64,000 nucleotides of DNA from Gemmatimonadota bacterium (GTDB lineage Bacteria > Gemmatimonadota > Gemmatimonadetes > Gemmatimonadales > GWC2-71-9), in contig JBBIUN010000008.1 in NCBI GenBank assembly GCA_037440225.1, positions 51,225 to 115,224 on the forward strand. Reading direction: 5' to 3'. A program made the translations under genes and the position numbers. A model generated the notes under the pieces. It was not told the DNA's origin and did not search any database. It saw nothing but the letters and a program-made list of their open reading frames with translations. Shown here piece by piece: positions 38,407-46,873 of the stretch (the first letter of the stretch is position 1; every line of letters starts with the position of its first letter).

Positions 38407-39036
38407 TCAGGCGGCCAGACCGTCCAGCACCAGCGAGATGCGTGCCGCCAGCTCCTCCCGCAACGGGAAACCCGCTTCCTCGCAGCCCGAGGTTCCCTTC
38501 CGGCAACACAGCCACATGAAGACCGTACCCATGTACACGCTGCCCAGCACCGAGACCGCACGGTCCACCGGAGCTTCGCGCCGGAACTCGCCCGCCTCCT
38601 GCCCCTGGCGAATGAGCTGCGCCAAGAGCCGGTGCCAGTGCACGTGCAAATCGTCACTGGGCGTGTGCGCCCGCTTCATGGATTCCTGCACCACGAACCG
38701 GGAAAGCTCGGGATCCTCCTCGTACACTCGAGCCGTGCGCTGCAACAGCTCGATGAGCTTCCTGCGAACCGGCCCCTGGGCCGCCAGCATCTCCTCGGCC
38801 AGCGCCTCGACCTCGGCAAGCTGTAGTTCCGAGAGGTAGCCCAGTACTGATTCCTTGCGCGGGAAGTAGTTGAAGAACGTGCCCTTGGCCACGTCCGCTC
38901 GCTCGGTGATCTCATCCACCGTCGTGGCCTCGAATCCCTTCTCGCGGAACAACGCCACGGCCGCCCTGAAGATCCGAGTGCGGGTCTCGTCCTTCTTACG
39001 TGCCCGGCGCGAGACTTCGGCTGCCGGTGTGCTCAT
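38407..39036 (-). CDS. TetR/AcrR-family transcriptional regulator
   Basis: N-terminal HTH 'TR.RI..AA..LF.EKGFEATTVDEI.ERA.VAKGTFFNYF'. GGAGAGG lies 4 nt upstream of the ATG. Confidence 0.9.
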   Translation of the reverse strand: MSTPAAEVSRRARKKDETRTRIFRAAVALFREKGFEATTVDEITERADVAKGTFFNYFPRKESVLGYLSELQLAEVEALAEEMLAAQGPVRRKLIELLQRTARVYEEDPELSRFVVQESMKRAHTPSDDLHVHWHRLLAQLIRQGQEAGEFRREAPVDRAVSVLGSVYMGTVFMWLCCRKGTSGCEEAGFPLREELAARISLVLDGLAA

Positions 39037-39072
39037 GTCGCCTCTCCATCTGGTTGACGAACTGCGAGTTAG

Positions 39073-39093
39073 CCTTTGGTCTCAGGCCAAATG
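39073..39093. promoter_or_regulatory. imperfect 9-3-9 palindrome, candidate TetR operator
   Basis: CCTTTGGTC-TCA-GGCCAAATG (7 of 9 arm positions complementary), 37-57 nt upstream of the tetR start in a locally AT-richer stretch. Confidence 0.35.
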
Positions 39094-39113
39094 TGACTAT
39101 GGTCAACAATGAA

Positions 39114-39130
39114 CCGGTTACAATAACCGG
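39114..39130. promoter_or_regulatory. perfect 7-3-7 palindrome
   Basis: CCGGTTA-CAA-TAACCGG, about 80 nt upstream of tetR. Second candidate operator or another regulator site. Confidence 0.3.
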
Positions 39131-39171
39131 CGCTCTCTGAAGTGGCAAGGGGCAGCACCGGAGCGGCGGGT

Positions 39172-39257
39172 GCGCGCCTGACCCTACGGGTTGGGGGACG
39201 TGGGTGTCTTCGGCGCCGCAACACCCTGCGGCGCGCCCTCGACCCTACGGGGTGGGG
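39172..39257. repeat. about 25-nt direct repeat pair flanking a hairpin
   Basis: GCGCGCC-T-GACCCTACGGGTTGGGG (39172-39196) and GCGCGCC-CTC-GACCCTACGGGGTGGGG (39231-39257). Confidence 0.5.
39213..39234 (-). terminator. GC hairpin downstream of the Cho-like gene
   Basis: GCGCCGCA / TGCGGCGC 8-bp stem with a 6-nt loop, starting 25 nt past the stop at 39259. No U-tract. Confidence 0.3.
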
Positions 39258-39258
39258 A

Positions 39259-40356
39259 TCAATGCGGCCAAGCGGGATCCAGCCAGGCCTGAAGAGGCTG
39301 GGTGCGGCGCAAGGCCGCCGGGTGGCGTCGAAACCAGCTCAGTACCAGCAGCATCTCCTCCACGGTATCGGGTGCCAGGGCGGCCGGCTCCGGCTCTGGG
39401 CCGGCGTGCGCCGCCACCAGCGCGCGGAAAGCCTCGCGCTCGATGGGTGTCACCGGAGCCGGGGCCGAAGCGCGGACCGTGGCCCGGCGGATCACGTACG
39501 CGCGAGCATCGCCCAAGGCCCCCGGGTCGGTGTACACGAAGGTCAAGGCCGCGATCGCCGCCCGGGCGCGCATGGAGGCGGCCAGGAGCCATTCCAGCGC
39601 CTCGAAGCGTTCCCTCAGGCGCGCGGCGCGCTCGAACTGCTGGGCCTCCATCGCCGCGGTCATCTCGGTGATGACGCGATCCAGAGGACCCAGCGCCCGG
39701 CCTTCCAGGAAGGCGGCTGCGGCGGCGACCCGGGCGCGGTAGTCGGTTTCCGCCACCAAGCCGCCGCAGGGGCCGCTGCAGGTGCCGAAGTCGTAGCGCG
39801 GGCAGGCGGCGCGCCGGCTCGAGCCGAACAGATCTCCCTGCTCGGCAAAGTGCATGGGCAAATCGAGGGCGCAGTCTCTCAGGCCCAAGAGGTCGTTCAG
39901 CACTCGGACCGCCTGCCCGGTGCGGGCCGGACTGGGGAAGGGCCCGTAATGGGTCATGCCGGCCGATGGGGTGGCCGCCGCGACGAACACCTTGGGGGCG
40001 GGCCGGCCGGAAATCTTGATGAAGGCGAGCCGCCGCGAGCGGTTGAACTGGGCGTTGAACAGGGGGCGGTAGCGCCGGATCTGGCGCAGCTCGGCCAAGC
40101 AGGCGGCGAACTCGGAAGGTTGATAGTCCCACTCGATGTCGGCGGCGGCCCGAATGATGCGGCCGGCCTTCTCGTCGCTGCCGGCCGACCGGAAGTAGCT
40201 CAGCAGGCGGGCGCGCAGGCGCTTGGCCTTGCCTACGTACAGCACGCGTCCCCCCGGGTCCAGCATGCGATAGACGCCGGGCCGGTTCTCGGCCAGGGCC
40301 CAAACGCGCCGCCGGAGAGGCTCCAGGTTGCCCAGCGCCAGCCCCAGCGCGCTCAC
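39259..40356 (-). CDS. UvrC-N-terminal-half homologue (Cho-like GIY-YIG excinuclease)
   Basis: GIY-YIG 'GVYRMLD..GRVLYVGKAKRLRARLLSYF', UvrC-type Cys cluster 'CPRYDFGTCSGPC', UVR-like helix 'AMEAQQFERAARLRERFEAL'. Lacks the RNase H-like/HhH C-terminal half of UvrC. Confidence 0.75.
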   Translation of the reverse strand: MSALGLALGNLEPLRRRVWALAENRPGVYRMLDPGGRVLYVGKAKRLRARLLSYFRSAGSDEKAGRIIRAAADIEWDYQPSEFAACLAELRQIRRYRPLFNAQFNRSRRLAFIKISGRPAPKVFVAAATPSAGMTHYGPFPSPARTGQAVRVLNDLLGLRDCALDLPMHFAEQGDLFGSSRRAACPRYDFGTCSGPCGGLVAETDYRARVAAAAAFLEGRALGPLDRVITEMTAAMEAQQFERAARLRERFEALEWLLAASMRARAAIAALTFVYTDPGALGDARAYVIRRATVRASAPAPVTPIEREAFRALVAAHAGPEPEPAALAPDTVEEMLLVLSWFRRHPAALRRTQPLQAWLDPAWPH

Positions 40357-40365
40357 CGCCTGGCC

Positions 40366-41370
40366 TCAGGACCTGCCACGCAGGTAGTCGTGCAAGGTGA
40401 GGAACTTCTCGTACACCACTAGGGCCTTGCGCTTGAGCCCCAGCTCGGCAAACAGTTCCCGCATGCGGCCGCGGCGGGTCACATAAAAGCGGAACGTTTC
40501 GGCAAAGTCCTCCTGGGGGTGGGTGGCCGCGTAGCTGGAGACGTACTCCGGCAAGGTGGTGGCCACGCGCCGGCGCTGGAAGTCCACCCAGGTGTCGTCC
40601 ACGCCCCGGTAGGTCTTGTACACCTCGCCAAAGGTGCGGCGAAACCGGTCGCTTCGGGTCCAGCGCCAGTTGTGATAGAGAAAACTGTGGCCCAATTCAT
40701 GCGCCAGCAGGCCCACCAGCATGGGCCAGTCAATGTCGTCGCGCGACGGGCGGTCGGTGACGTAGCGCTGCTCGATTTCCACGATCTTGGGCCAGCGGGG
40801 ATCCACCCCCGAGACGCCGGGTCGCAGCAGGACGCGGAAGCCCCAAGGCTTGATGCGGGCGACGGCCAGCAGGCGGCGCACCCGGCGCAGGGCCGGCCGA
40901 AGGAGGTCTTGCCCCGTGGCATCGCCGCGGCACCAGGGACAGTGGTCCATCCAATCGTCCACCCCGCGCCCGCAGTGGGGACAAGACCCCTCGAATTCCT
41001 GGGACTCGTCCCAGTGCTGGGGCTTGCCGCACCAGGGACAGTATGGCATAGGGTACTGCAGGCCGCCGCCGCAGCCCCAGTCGCACCGGGCGTGAAACCG
41101 GAAGCCCTTGGGGGCCTTGAGCGGCACCGGGCTGCTGACCCCGTCTTCGTGGATGTCGGCACCGCACCAGGGGCAGAAGGCGTACTTCTCCGAGACTACC
41201 CAGCCGCACTGGTAGCACTCCGCTCCGGTGAGCCGCTCGCTGTCTCGCCAGAGGTGAGCCCGGCCGCAATCGGGGCAATAGCGCCAGAAGCGCTTGAGCT
41301 CGTAGCCGCAGGCGCACCGGAGTTCGGGCCGCGGCGTGGGTTCCCGCCGGCGGTTACGGTTCCGCGTCAT
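40366..41370 (-). CDS. four-zinc-ribbon protein with C-terminal HExxH (putative zinc-binding metallopeptidase-like) domain
   Basis: Four tandem CxxC...(Y/F/H)CP(D/W)C ribbons at aa 19-35, 52-69, 96-114 and 130-147. Then 'LLAHELGHSF' (aa 221-230) and 'HPQEDFAETFRFY'. Confidence 0.7.
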   Translation of the reverse strand: MTRNRNRRREPTPRPELRCACGYELKRFWRYCPDCGRAHLWRDSERLTGAECYQCGWVVSEKYAFCPWCGADIHEDGVSSPVPLKAPKGFRFHARCDWGCGGGLQYPMPYCPWCGKPQHWDESQEFEGSCPHCGRGVDDWMDHCPWCRGDATGQDLLRPALRRVRRLLAVARIKPWGFRVLLRPGVSGVDPRWPKIVEIEQRYVTDRPSRDDIDWPMLVGLLAHELGHSFLYHNWRWTRSDRFRRTFGEVYKTYRGVDDTWVDFQRRRVATTLPEYVSSYAATHPQEDFAETFRFYVTRRGRMRELFAELGLKRKALVVYEKFLTLHDYLRGRS

Positions 41371-42373
41371 AGCGCCGCATGGCCTCGTCTACGATGCGCT
41401 GGATGAAGGCCGGGTAGTCGAGACCGGCTTTCTCGGCCGCGTTCGCCATGTCGTGTCCGAAGCTGATGAACGGGTTGGCGTTCGCCTCGATCACCCAGAC
41501 GTCGCCGTCGGGTGTGAGCCGCAGGTCCAAGCGGGCGTAATCCCTGAGCCAGAGCGCCCGGTACGCGGTAGCACAGATACCGGCGATCCGCTGCCGGGCC
41601 GCCCGCGGGATGGGCCGCGCGAAAACGTTGCGGATTCCCTTGCGCTCCCGGTACGCCAGGTCCCATTTCGCGAGGTGGGTGGCGATGCGCTCTTCGGGGC
41701 GGGTGCGCCGCTTGTCCCAAACCATCTCGACGATCGGCAAGATCGCGAGGTCGGAGCCGTTGCCCAAGATGCTCACGTACAGCTCGCGGCCGTCCACGAA
41801 CTCCTCGGCGATGGCCGGCTGCCGGAAGCGCTCGTGGATGAAGGCCACCCGCGCGGCCAGCTCGCCGGGATCTTTCACCACCGAGGCGCCCGAAATGCCG
41901 ATCGAGGCATCCTCGGACAACGGCTTGACAATGACCGGGAAGATGAGGTCCGAGATCTCCCCCACGGCTTCCCCGGGCCGGTAGGTGCGAAACCCCGGCA
42001 CCCGAATGCCGTGATACGCCAGGACCTTCTTGCTCATGGCTTTGTTGCGCGTGGTGAGCAAGGCCAGGGGGGGAGAGCCGGTGTAGCGATAGCCCTCCGC
42101 TTCGAAGAGGGCGGGGAAGAGGTAATCGAGCGCGGGGTTGCCGCCGAAACCTTCGGCACAGTTGAACACCAAGTCGGGCTGGAAGGCCCGGAGGCGATCC
42201 ATGAGGCACTTCAAGTCCGTGCGGACCCCGATGAGCCGAACGTCGTGTCCGCGACTGGCGAGGGCTTCTGCCACCTCGTACTCCGCCTCCTCGACTCCAG
42301 CCTCCATCTCCCGCCGAAAGTCGGCGTCCTCCCAACCGGCATGCGGGGTGTCGAAGACCACCGCGATCTTCAT
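41354..42373 (-). CDS. ATP-grasp ligase (D-Ala-D-Ala ligase / RimK-like superfamily, non-canonical)
   Basis: 'KIAVVFD', 'PDLVFN.AEG', 'GY.YTGS', 'NKAMSKKVLA..GI.VP', 'FPVIVKP..EDAS.GI', 'ARLDLRL...G.VWVIEANANP'. ATG 42373 overlaps the mutM stop (ATGA). Confidence 0.85.
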   Translation of the reverse strand: MKIAVVFDTPHAGWEDADFRREMEAGVEEAEYEVAEALASRGHDVRLIGVRTDLKCLMDRLRAFQPDLVFNCAEGFGGNPALDYLFPALFEAEGYRYTGSPPLALLTTRNKAMSKKVLAYHGIRVPGFRTYRPGEAVGEISDLIFPVIVKPLSEDASIGISGASVVKDPGELAARVAFIHERFRQPAIAEEFVDGRELYVSILGNGSDLAILPIVEMVWDKRRTRPEERIATHLAKWDLAYRERKGIRNVFARPIPRAARQRIAGICATAYRALWLRDYARLDLRLTPDGDVWVIEANANPFISFGHDMANAAEKAGLDYPAFIQRIVDEAMRRYDAEP

Positions 42374-43203
42374 GGGGCCGACTGACAGCGCCAGCAGAAG
42401 GTGGTCGAGCGCCCGTCCACCGCGTAGGTCGTATGGAGCCGCGTGCCGCAGGCCAGGCAACGCTGGCCCCCGCGGCCATAAACGCGCAACGCGAACTGGT
42501 ACCCTCCGCGCTCCCCCGTTCCCGTGCGATAGTCCCGGAGGGTGGTGCCCTTGGCGGCCAGCGCCTCCTCCAGCACCGCCCGCAGGGCCCCGTGCAGGCG
42601 GCTCAGGGCGCCCGCGTCCAACCGGTGCGCGGGCCGGGAGGGATCAATCCCCGCTCGGAACAAGGCTTCGTTGGCATAGATGTTCCCGATCCCCGCCACG
42701 CGCCGCTGGTCCATGAGGGCCTTCTTGACCGCCTGCCGCGTCGCTTTGAGCTGCCGGGCCAGGGCGGCCACGTCGAACGCCGGCGAGAGAGGTTCCGGCC
42801 CCAGGGCCTCGGTGTACCGCCGCCAGGCCGCTTGGTCCAGCAGCCGCACCACGCCCAAACGCCGGACGTCACGGTAAACGAACGTGCCGCCCCCGCCCAG
42901 GTCCGCTTCCAACACGACGTAGCGGCGCGCGGCGGGATCGAGCCGGCGCCGGTACACCAGCAAGTTCCCCGTCATCCCCGGCTGGATCACCATCCGGTGC
43001 CCGCTGGCCAGGCGGAAGACGGCGTGCTTGGCCCGGCGGCTCACCTCGGCGATCCGGTTCCCTGCCAGGGTGGCGAGGAGCCGGCGCGGGCTCGTGCCTC
43101 GCAGAACGTCCGCCTTGAGCAGCCGCACCGAGCGCATGGTGCGCCCGGTGAGGTCGCGGGCTAGGTCCCGCACCATGGTCTCGACCTCAGGAAGCTCGGG
43201 CAC
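42370..43203 (-). CDS. mutM: formamidopyrimidine-DNA glycosylase
   Basis: GTG 43203 yields 'M-PELPEVET', which places the catalytic Pro at position 2 as Fpg requires. H2TH region and C-terminal zinc finger 'CLACG...........FCWRCQ'. Confidence 0.9.
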   Translation of the reverse strand: MPELPEVETMVRDLARDLTGRTMRSVRLLKADVLRGTSPRRLLATLAGNRIAEVSRRAKHAVFRLASGHRMVIQPGMTGNLLVYRRRLDPAARRYVVLEADLGGGGTFVYRDVRRLGVVRLLDQAAWRRYTEALGPEPLSPAFDVAALARQLKATRQAVKKALMDQRRVAGIGNIYANEALFRAGIDPSRPAHRLDAGALSRLHGALRAVLEEALAAKGTTLRDYRTGTGERGGYQFALRVYGRGGQRCLACGTRLHTTYAVDGRSTTFCWRCQSAP

Positions 43204-44464
43204 GCGCCACCTCGCGCCAGGCGATGTCGCGGCGAAAGATCTTCCCCTCGTACTGAATGGCATCGGCCAGCGCCCGGCTGGCCTGGGCGGCGGCGGCGAC
43301 GTCTGGGCCCAGGCCCGTGGCGCCGAGGACCCGGCCCCCCGCCACCCTGAGCCGCCCCTCGGCGTCCCGCCTGGTGCCGGCGTGGAAGAGCAGGGTGTCG
43401 GGTGGAAGGGACGGCGGCAGGCTGATGAGTGCGCCTTGCTTGGGGGCGTCCGGGTAGCCGCTCGACGCCAGCACCGTTACCACGGCCGACCGCTGGGGCG
43501 CAAGCAGGAAGCGTCGAGGGCGCCAGGGCTCGCCCGCAGCGATCTGCCAAAACGCGGTCGCGAGGTCCTCCGCCAGCGCCGGCAGCACCGCCTGGGTCTC
43601 CGGGTCGCCGAAGCGGCAGTTGAACTCCAGCACGTAGGGGTCTCCGCCGGGCGTGAGCATCAAGCCGGCGTAGAGCACTCCCCGGTAGGGCGTACCGTGT
43701 TCGGCCATCACCCGGAGCACCGGTAGCAAGATCTCGCGCCTGACCCGCTCGAGCAGCTCCTCCGTGCCCAGCGAGACCGGCGTGTAGGCCCCCATGCCGC
43801 CGGTGTTGGGCCCGGTGTCGCCTTCGCCTAGACGTTTGTGGTCTTGCGCGGGCGGTAGCAGCACCACCTGCTCGCCGTCGGTGAGCCCCAAGACCGACAA
43901 TTCCTCCCCCTCCAAGAACTGCTCCACCACCACGTGTTGCCCTGCGGCGCCGAACTTGCCGCCGAACATCTGGCGAGCCGCCGCAGCGGCTTCTTGCCGA
44001 GTGCGGCAGACCACGGCACCCTTGCCGGCTGCGAGCCCCGAGGCCTTGACCACCAGGGGCTCGGGATGGCCTGCAATGTAGCGGATCGCGGCTCGCTCGT
44101 CGTCGAACGTGCGACTGGGGGCGGTCGGCACTCCCGCCCGCGCCATGACCTGCTTGGCGTAGGCCTTGGAGGCTTCGATGCGGGCGGCGGCGGCCGTGGG
44201 TCCGAAGGCGGGAATGCCCCGGGCGGCGAGGTGGTCCACCAGGCCCGCGGCGAGCGGCGCCTCCGGACCCACCACCACGAGATCAATGTGGTGGCGCCGG
44301 ATGGCCTCCACCAAAGCATCGGGCTGGTCGCCGGTGAGGGGGAGGTTTATCGCCACTTCTGCGGTGCCGGGGTTCCCCGGTGCGCAGTGGACGGCGGCCT
44401 GGCGGGCGAGCATCCAGCACAGGGCATGCTCCCGGCCCCCGCCGCCCACTACCAGGATTCTCAC
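43187..44464 (-). CDS. purD: phosphoribosylamine-glycine ligase
   Basis: 'RILVVGGGGREHAL', 'VVKASGLAAGKGV', 'GPNTGGMGAY', 'LEFNCRFGDPE'. GTG 44464 overlaps the M48 stop (GTGA). The 671-aa track ORF is a chimera. Confidence 0.92.
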   Translation of the reverse strand: MRILVVGGGGREHALCWMLARQAAVHCAPGNPGTAEVAINLPLTGDQPDALVEAIRRHHIDLVVVGPEAPLAAGLVDHLAARGIPAFGPTAAAARIEASKAYAKQVMARAGVPTAPSRTFDDERAAIRYIAGHPEPLVVKASGLAAGKGAVVCRTRQEAAAAARQMFGGKFGAAGQHVVVEQFLEGEELSVLGLTDGEQVVLLPPAQDHKRLGEGDTGPNTGGMGAYTPVSLGTEELLERVRREILLPVLRVMAEHGTPYRGVLYAGLMLTPGGDPYVLEFNCRFGDPETQAVLPALAEDLATAFWQIAAGEPWRPRRFLLAPQRSAVVTVLASSGYPDAPKQGALISLPPSLPPDTLLFHAGTRRDAEGRLRVAGGRVLGATGLGPDVAAAAQASRALADAIQYEGKIFRRDIAWREVARARAS

Positions 44465-45468
44465 CGCTTGGTGGCGTCCTTGAAGGTTTCGCTGAAGGCG
44501 CGAGCCGCTCGCCGCGCGGCCTCGGCCACCTGGTCCACCGTTTTTCGCGCCTCGGCGGCGTAGTGCGCCGCCGCTTCCCCGACTTCCTCGCCCAGGGTGC
44601 GCTGCGAGGTGGCAGCATCCCGCCTGGGGTAGTCGCCCTCCAGAATCCGCTGGTAGGCGCCGCTGTCGGCCCATCGCTTGAGTTCGGCGGCGCGCAGGGT
44701 GTTGAACGGATGGGTCGCGCCCAAGGTATTGAGAATCTTGTAAATGGTGTCCAGGGCCCCGCCCTTTTCCTCGTACTCGCTGGCCTGCTCGAGAAAGGCC
44801 TCCACGTCCATCTGCTCCATGCTGGCCCCGCCGGCGAGCTTGAGAAACACCCGGTTCGCTGCGGCGGGATCCTGGCTGGCCAGCAGGCCGGCGCGATCCG
44901 AGGAGAGTTCGCTTTTCCGGTACCATTCCAGCAGCGCCAGCTTGATGGGAAGCAAGGCGATCCCCGCCAGGAAGGGCAGGCTCTGGAAGCCCAGCTCCAG
45001 CAGGAGAATCAGCACCGTACGGTAGAGGGCGTGCCCGCTGATCACGTGCCCCAACTCGTGGCCCAACAGAACGCGTAGCTCGTCCGTGTCGAGCAGGTTG
45101 ACCGCGCCGGAGTTGAGGATGATGAACGGGCGCTCGAGGCCCACCGCGCCCGCGTTGACCAACGGCGTCTGGGTGACGTACACCTCGGGCGCCTGGGGCC
45201 AATCCATGGTGGCGGACACTTCGGTGATCAACCCGTGGAGGATCGGGAACTGCCTGGGCCCCACGCGCACCGCGTTCGCCTGGAACAAGAGGCGGATGCC
45301 GCGCTCGCCAAAGGTGCCCACGATCTTCCGGACGGCTTCATCAAAGCCGGGGATGGCGCGCAGGGTTTGCAGGGCGGCGCGGTCGGCGGGGTGTTCCCAG
45401 GTCACCGGGGCGATCTGCGTGAGCACCTTCCGGGGACGAGGCGAGGGGAGCGTGGTGGCGTCAGGCAT
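44461..45468 (-). CDS. M48-family zinc metallopeptidase
   Basis: 'LLGHELGHVISGHALY' HExxH and a downstream 'SELSSDRAG' (E..DR) third-ligand region. GGAGGTATTGCC precedes the ATG. Confidence 0.85.
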   Translation of the reverse strand: MPDATTLPSPRPRKVLTQIAPVTWEHPADRAALQTLRAIPGFDEAVRKIVGTFGERGIRLLFQANAVRVGPRQFPILHGLITEVSATMDWPQAPEVYVTQTPLVNAGAVGLERPFIILNSGAVNLLDTDELRVLLGHELGHVISGHALYRTVLILLLELGFQSLPFLAGIALLPIKLALLEWYRKSELSSDRAGLLASQDPAAANRVFLKLAGGASMEQMDVEAFLEQASEYEEKGGALDTIYKILNTLGATHPFNTLRAAELKRWADSGAYQRILEGDYPRRDAATSQRTLGEEVGEAAAHYAAEARKTVDQVAEAARRAARAFSETFKDATKR

Positions 45469-45600
45469 GGCAATACCTCCAGATGAGCGCCGGCGGCCGG
45501 GCGGGGAAAACTTCCCTCTGGTTGCGGATGGCGGCGCGACCAGCCGGCCCGAGCGTTTCCGCCTCTCGCCCTGGCCGTACGCGCGAGCCGGGGGCCGGTT

Positions 45601-46782
45601 TCACTCCAGCGCCTTAGCCAGGGCCTGGTCCAGATCCGCCCGCAGATCGTCCACGTCTTCGATCCCGACCGACAGGCGCACCAGCCCGTCGCTCAAGCCC
45701 ATGGCCTCCCGCATGGCACGCGGCACGCTGGCGTGGGTCATGCTGGCCGGGTGGCCCACCAAACTCTCCACCCCGCCCAACGACTCGGCCAGGGCGAAGA
45801 TCCGGGTGCTTTGCACGAACCTGCGGGCCCGCGCGGCGGACCCCAATTCCAGCGAGATCATGCCCCCGAAGCCGGTCATTTGCCGGCAGGCCAGGTCGTA
45901 TTGGGGATGGCTGGTGAGGCCCGGATAGTAGACCCGTTGCACCGCAGGATGACCCTCCAGCCATTCGGCCAGGCAGCGGCCGTTTTGGTCGTGCTGGCGC
46001 ATGCGCAGCGTCAAGGTCTTGGTGCCGCGCAGGGCCAGCCAGCAGTCGAACGGTCCGGGCACCGCACCCGCCGCGTTTTGGAGAAAGGCCAGTCGCTCGG
46101 CCAAGTCATCCCGGTTGGTGATCACCGCGCCGCCCACCATATCGCTGTGGCCGTTCAGGTATTTGGTCGTGGAGTGGATCACCAGGTCGGCACCGAGGGC
46201 CAGGGGGCGCTGGAAGACCGGGGTGGCGAAGGTGTTGTCCACCACCAGCAGGACTCCCCGCTCGCGGGCCAGAGCCCCGACGGCCGCCAGGTCGGTGAGC
46301 CGCATCATCGGGTTCGACGGCGTCTCGACGAAGATCATTCGGGTGGCGGGCGTGAAAGCTTCGGCGATCCGGTCCACCTCGCGGGTGTCCGCGAAGCTGA
46401 ACCCGAGCCCGAGGTCGGCGAAGACCTGGGTCATGAGGCGATGGGTGCCGCCGTAGACGTTTTCCCCGCACACCACGTGGTCGCCGGCCCGGAGCAGCTT
46501 GAGCACTGCGTCGGTGGCGGCCAGGCCCGAGGCGAAGGCGAAGCCGTGGGTGCCGCCCTCGAGCGCCGCGAGATTCCGTTCCAGGGCGTCCCGGGTGGGA
46601 TTGCGGGTGCGGGCGTACTCGAATCCCTTGTGCTGGCCCAGCGCAGGTTGCACGTAGGTCGAGGTCTGGTAGATGGGGGTCATGATGGCGCCCGTGGGCT
46701 CATCGGGCCGCTGGCCCGCGTGGACCGCGCGGGTGCCGAGCCCCAACTTGAGGTCGGACTCGAAGATCCGGGTCATGGGCAC
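45601..46782 (-). CDS. PLP-dependent trans-sulfuration enzyme (cystathionine gamma-synthase/beta-lyase/gamma-lyase family)
   Basis: 'T.AVHAG', 'YSR..NPT', 'DNTFATP', 'HSTTKYLNGHSD' (PLP lysine), 'SLGGVESL'. Start may be ATG 46776 rather than GTG 46782. Confidence 0.9.
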   Translation of the reverse strand: MPMTRIFESDLKLGLGTRAVHAGQRPDEPTGAIMTPIYQTSTYVQPALGQHKGFEYARTRNPTRDALERNLAALEGGTHGFAFASGLAATDAVLKLLRAGDHVVCGENVYGGTHRLMTQVFADLGLGFSFADTREVDRIAEAFTPATRMIFVETPSNPMMRLTDLAAVGALARERGVLLVVDNTFATPVFQRPLALGADLVIHSTTKYLNGHSDMVGGAVITNRDDLAERLAFLQNAAGAVPGPFDCWLALRGTKTLTLRMRQHDQNGRCLAEWLEGHPAVQRVYYPGLTSHPQYDLACRQMTGFGGMISLELGSAARARRFVQSTRIFALAESLGGVESLVGHPASMTHASVPRAMREAMGLSDGLVRLSVGIEDVDDLRADLDQALAKALE

Positions 46783-46873
46783 TTCGCGAGGAGGTCGCAG
46801 GGGAACCTACACCCGCGCCGCCGGGCGCGGCAAGCGACTGGCCCGGCCGGCTCAGGGCGGGTACGTTTTCCGC

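Noticed and set aside
42370-43263. The track start (ATG 43263) for mutM.
   Set aside because: Fpg/MutM catalysis needs Pro at position 2 of the 'PELPEVE' N-terminus. Only the in-frame GTG at 43203 provides this, and the 20 extra residues are not protein-like.
46783-46873. SAM or other riboswitch upstream of the trans-sulfuration gene.
   Set aside because: The divergent spacer is only 91 nt and shows no extended conserved-looking helices. It is too short to hold two promoters plus a riboswitch aptamer.
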